DNA of 64,000 bases, taken from the NCBI GenBank assembly GCA_964016885.1, contig OZ024740.1:231074001-231138000 (forward strand), written 5' to 3'. This DNA comes from Eledone cirrhosa (taxonomy: Eukaryota). The notes under the pieces were generated by a model. The model searched no databases and was not told the origin of the DNA. It saw only the letters and a program-made list of their open reading frames with translations. Position numbers and translations under genes: made by a program. Position 1 is the first letter of the stretch; each line of letters opens with the position of its first letter. This document shows, piece by piece, positions 62,301-64,000 of this stretch.

Positions 62301-64000
62301 GGCTACTATTATAACCCTACTATAATGAGGTATGTCTCTAGGGCTACTATTACAGCCCTACTATAAAGGGGTATGTCTCTAGGACTACTATTACAACCCT
62401 ACTATAATAGGGGATGTCTCTAGGACTATTATTACTACCCTACTATAATGGGGGATGTCTCTAGGACTACTATTACAACCCTACTATAATGGGAGATGTC
62501 TCTAGGACTACTATTACAACCCTACTATAATAGGGGATGTCTCTAGGACTATTATTACAACCCTACTATAATGGGGTATGTCTCTAGGGTTACTATTACA
62601 ACCCTACTATAATGGGGTACGTTTCTAGGGCTACTATTACAGCCCTACTATAATGGGGTATGTCTCTAGGACTACTATTACAACCCTACTATAATGGGGT
62701 AAGTCTCTAGGACTACTATGACAACCCTACTATAATGGGCGATGTCTCTAGGACTATTATTACAACCCTACTATAATGGGGGATGTCTCTAGGACTACTA
62801 TTACAACCCTACTATAATGGGGGATATCTCTAGGACTACTATTACAACCCTACTATAATATGGGATGTCTCTAGGACTACTATTACAACCCTACTATAAT
62901 GGGAAATGTCTCTAGGACTACTATTACAACCCTACTATAATGGGGGATATCTCTAGGACTACTATTACAACCCTACTATAATAGGGGATGTCTCTAGGAC
63001 TACTATTACAACCCTACTATAATGGAGGATGTCTCTAGGACTACTATTACAACCCTACTATAATGGAGGATGTCTCTAGGATTACTATACAACCCTACTA
63101 TAATGGGGTATGTCTCTAGGGCTACTATTACAACCCTACTATAATGGGAGATGTCTCTAAGACTACTATTACAACCCTACTATAATGGGAGATGTCTCTA
63201 GGACTACTATTACAACCCTACTATAATGGGAGATGTCTCTAGGACTACTATTACAACCCTACTATAATAGGGGATGTCTCTAGGACTACTATTACAACCC
63301 TACTATAATGGGGTATGTCTCTAGGACTACTATTACAACCCTACTATAATGGGGGATGTCTCTAGGACTACTATTACAACCCTACTATAATGGGAGATGT
63401 CTCTAGGGCTACTATTACAAACCTACTATAATGGAGGATGTCTCTAGGACTACTATTACAACCCTACTATAATAGGGGATGTCTCTAGGACTACTATTAC
63501 AACCCTACTATAATGGGGGATGTCTCTAGAACTACTATTACAACCCTACTATAATGGGGTATGTCTCTAGGACTACTATTACAACACTACTATAATGGGG
63601 GATGTCTCTAGGACTACTATTACAACCCTACTATAATAGGAGATGTCTCTAGGACTACTATTACAACCCTACTATAATGGGGTATGTCTCTAGGGCTACT
63701 ATTATAACCCTACTATAATGAGGTATGTCTCTAGGGCTACTATTACAGCCCTACTATAATGGGGTATGTCTCTAGGACTACTATTACAACCCTACTATAA
63801 TAGGGGATGTCTCTAGGACTATTATTACTACCCTACTATAATGGGGGATGTCTCTAGGACTACTATTACAACCCTACTATAATGGGAGATGTCTCTAGGA
63901 CTACTATTACAACCCTACTATAATAGGGGATGTCTCTAGGACTATTATTACAACCCTACTATAATGGGGTATGTCTCTAGGGTTACTATTACAACCCTAC
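42030..64000. repeat. Right sub-domain, defined by private monomer variants and recurrent 40-bp units
   Basis: I saw AACCGTAC, AACAATTC and the 40-bp GGAGG...TACTATACAAC unit only after ~42 kb. The 40-bp units start at 42489, 44497, 46341, 49169, 50807, 52691, 55847, 59290, 61667 and 63060. Confidence 0.8.
61400..64000. repeat. Tandem duplication with a 1393-bp (34-monomer) period, running off the window end
   Basis: ATAATATGGG at 61462/62855; 40-bp unit at 61667/63060; TAGGGTTACT with GGGT at 62587/63980. Confidence 0.85.

Larger units (their letters stand above)
1..64000. repeat. 41-bp tandem satellite array, ~1,562 head-to-tail monomers; consensus ATAATGGGGGATGTCTCTAGGACTACTATTACAACCCTACT; open at both window edges
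   Basis: Monomer read directly from 1-41 and repeated without interruption or inversion to 64000. Register accounting closes exactly: 1562x41=64042, minus 41 nt of observed deletions (thirteen 1-nt and two 14-nt), minus the final truncated T, equals 64000. Confidence 0.99.

Noticed and set aside
1-64000. CRISPR-like array (36-nt constant part plus a variable segment)
   Set aside because: The variable part is only 5 nt and consists of 1-2 substitution variants of GGGGG, reused hundreds of times. There are no unique spacers, leader or cas genes.
1-64000. Protein-coding repeat ORF on either strand
   Set aside because: The 41-nt period is not a multiple of 3. The plus strand hits TAA/TAG about twice per 123 nt (e.g. 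MSLGLLLQPYYNGGCL*), and the minus strand has five TAG/TAA triplets per monomer.
1-64000. Long ORF under a code that reassigns TAA/TAG (the consensus has no TGA)
   Set aside because: Homogenisation is at 41 nt rather than 123 nt, 1-nt and 14-nt deletions are tolerated, TGA arises in variants (ATGAGG, GATGAC), and no codon-position pattern is evident.
1-64000. G-quadruplex array
   Set aside because: Only one G-run per strand per monomer, separated by ~36-38 nt, and the plus-strand run is often interrupted. It does not fit the canonical short-loop G4 pattern.
1-64000. True telomere tract, plasmid iterons or phage origin repeats
   Set aside because: No tandem TTAGGG-type tract. The copy number (~1,560) and the absence of any rep gene or unique sequence are incompatible with iterons.
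1-64000. Rolling-circle or sequencing concatemer artefact
   Set aside because: Variants are specific, recur in ordered nested blocks with different offsets, and homopolymer indels are nearly absent. This indicates inherited variation rather than read error, although individual exact duplications could still be mis-assembled.
1-64000. Nucleosome-positioning signal (41 bp is about 4 helical turns; 4 units = 164 bp)
   Set aside because: Length coincidence only. TA steps (monomer positions 2, 18, 24, 27, 30, 38, 41) show no clear 10-bp phasing and there are no A-tracts.
1-64000. Covariation between sites (GGGGT with TAGGGCT; ATATCT with ACTGTT) as compensatory base-pairing
   Set aside because: The linked changes do not restore pairing in the dyads I can see. 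They are explained by shared descent of duplicated units.

Overview
The whole 64,000-bp window is one uninterrupted, head-to-tail tandem array of a 41-bp monomer, consensus ATAAT[GGGGG]ATGTCTCTAGGACTACTATTACAACCCTACT. The consensus is ~41% GC and has no CpG. Tracking the register across the window gives ~1,562 copies, all in one orientation, and the array runs off both ends. I found no protein-coding gene, RNA gene, mobile element, CRISPR array or unique flank. The best reading is eukaryote-type satellite DNA; I cannot assign an organism or named family from the sequence alone. The information lies in the variant pattern. (i) A hypervariable 5-nt slot follows ATAAT. (ii) Nested higher-order duplications can be traced by rare marker units, with offsets of 32, 33, 34, 35, 52, 55, 68, 107, 120, 142, 154-163 and 239-251 monomers. 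(iii) A ~38-kb core (4441-42488) shows no net indel and holds near-identical multi-kb duplications; it is flanked by more diverged zones with their own marker variants. (iv) Each monomer has two short imperfect palindromes and a 7-nt telomere-like motif. The sequence does not support a new gene-based system; any novelty is a possibly uncatalogued satellite and its expansion history.
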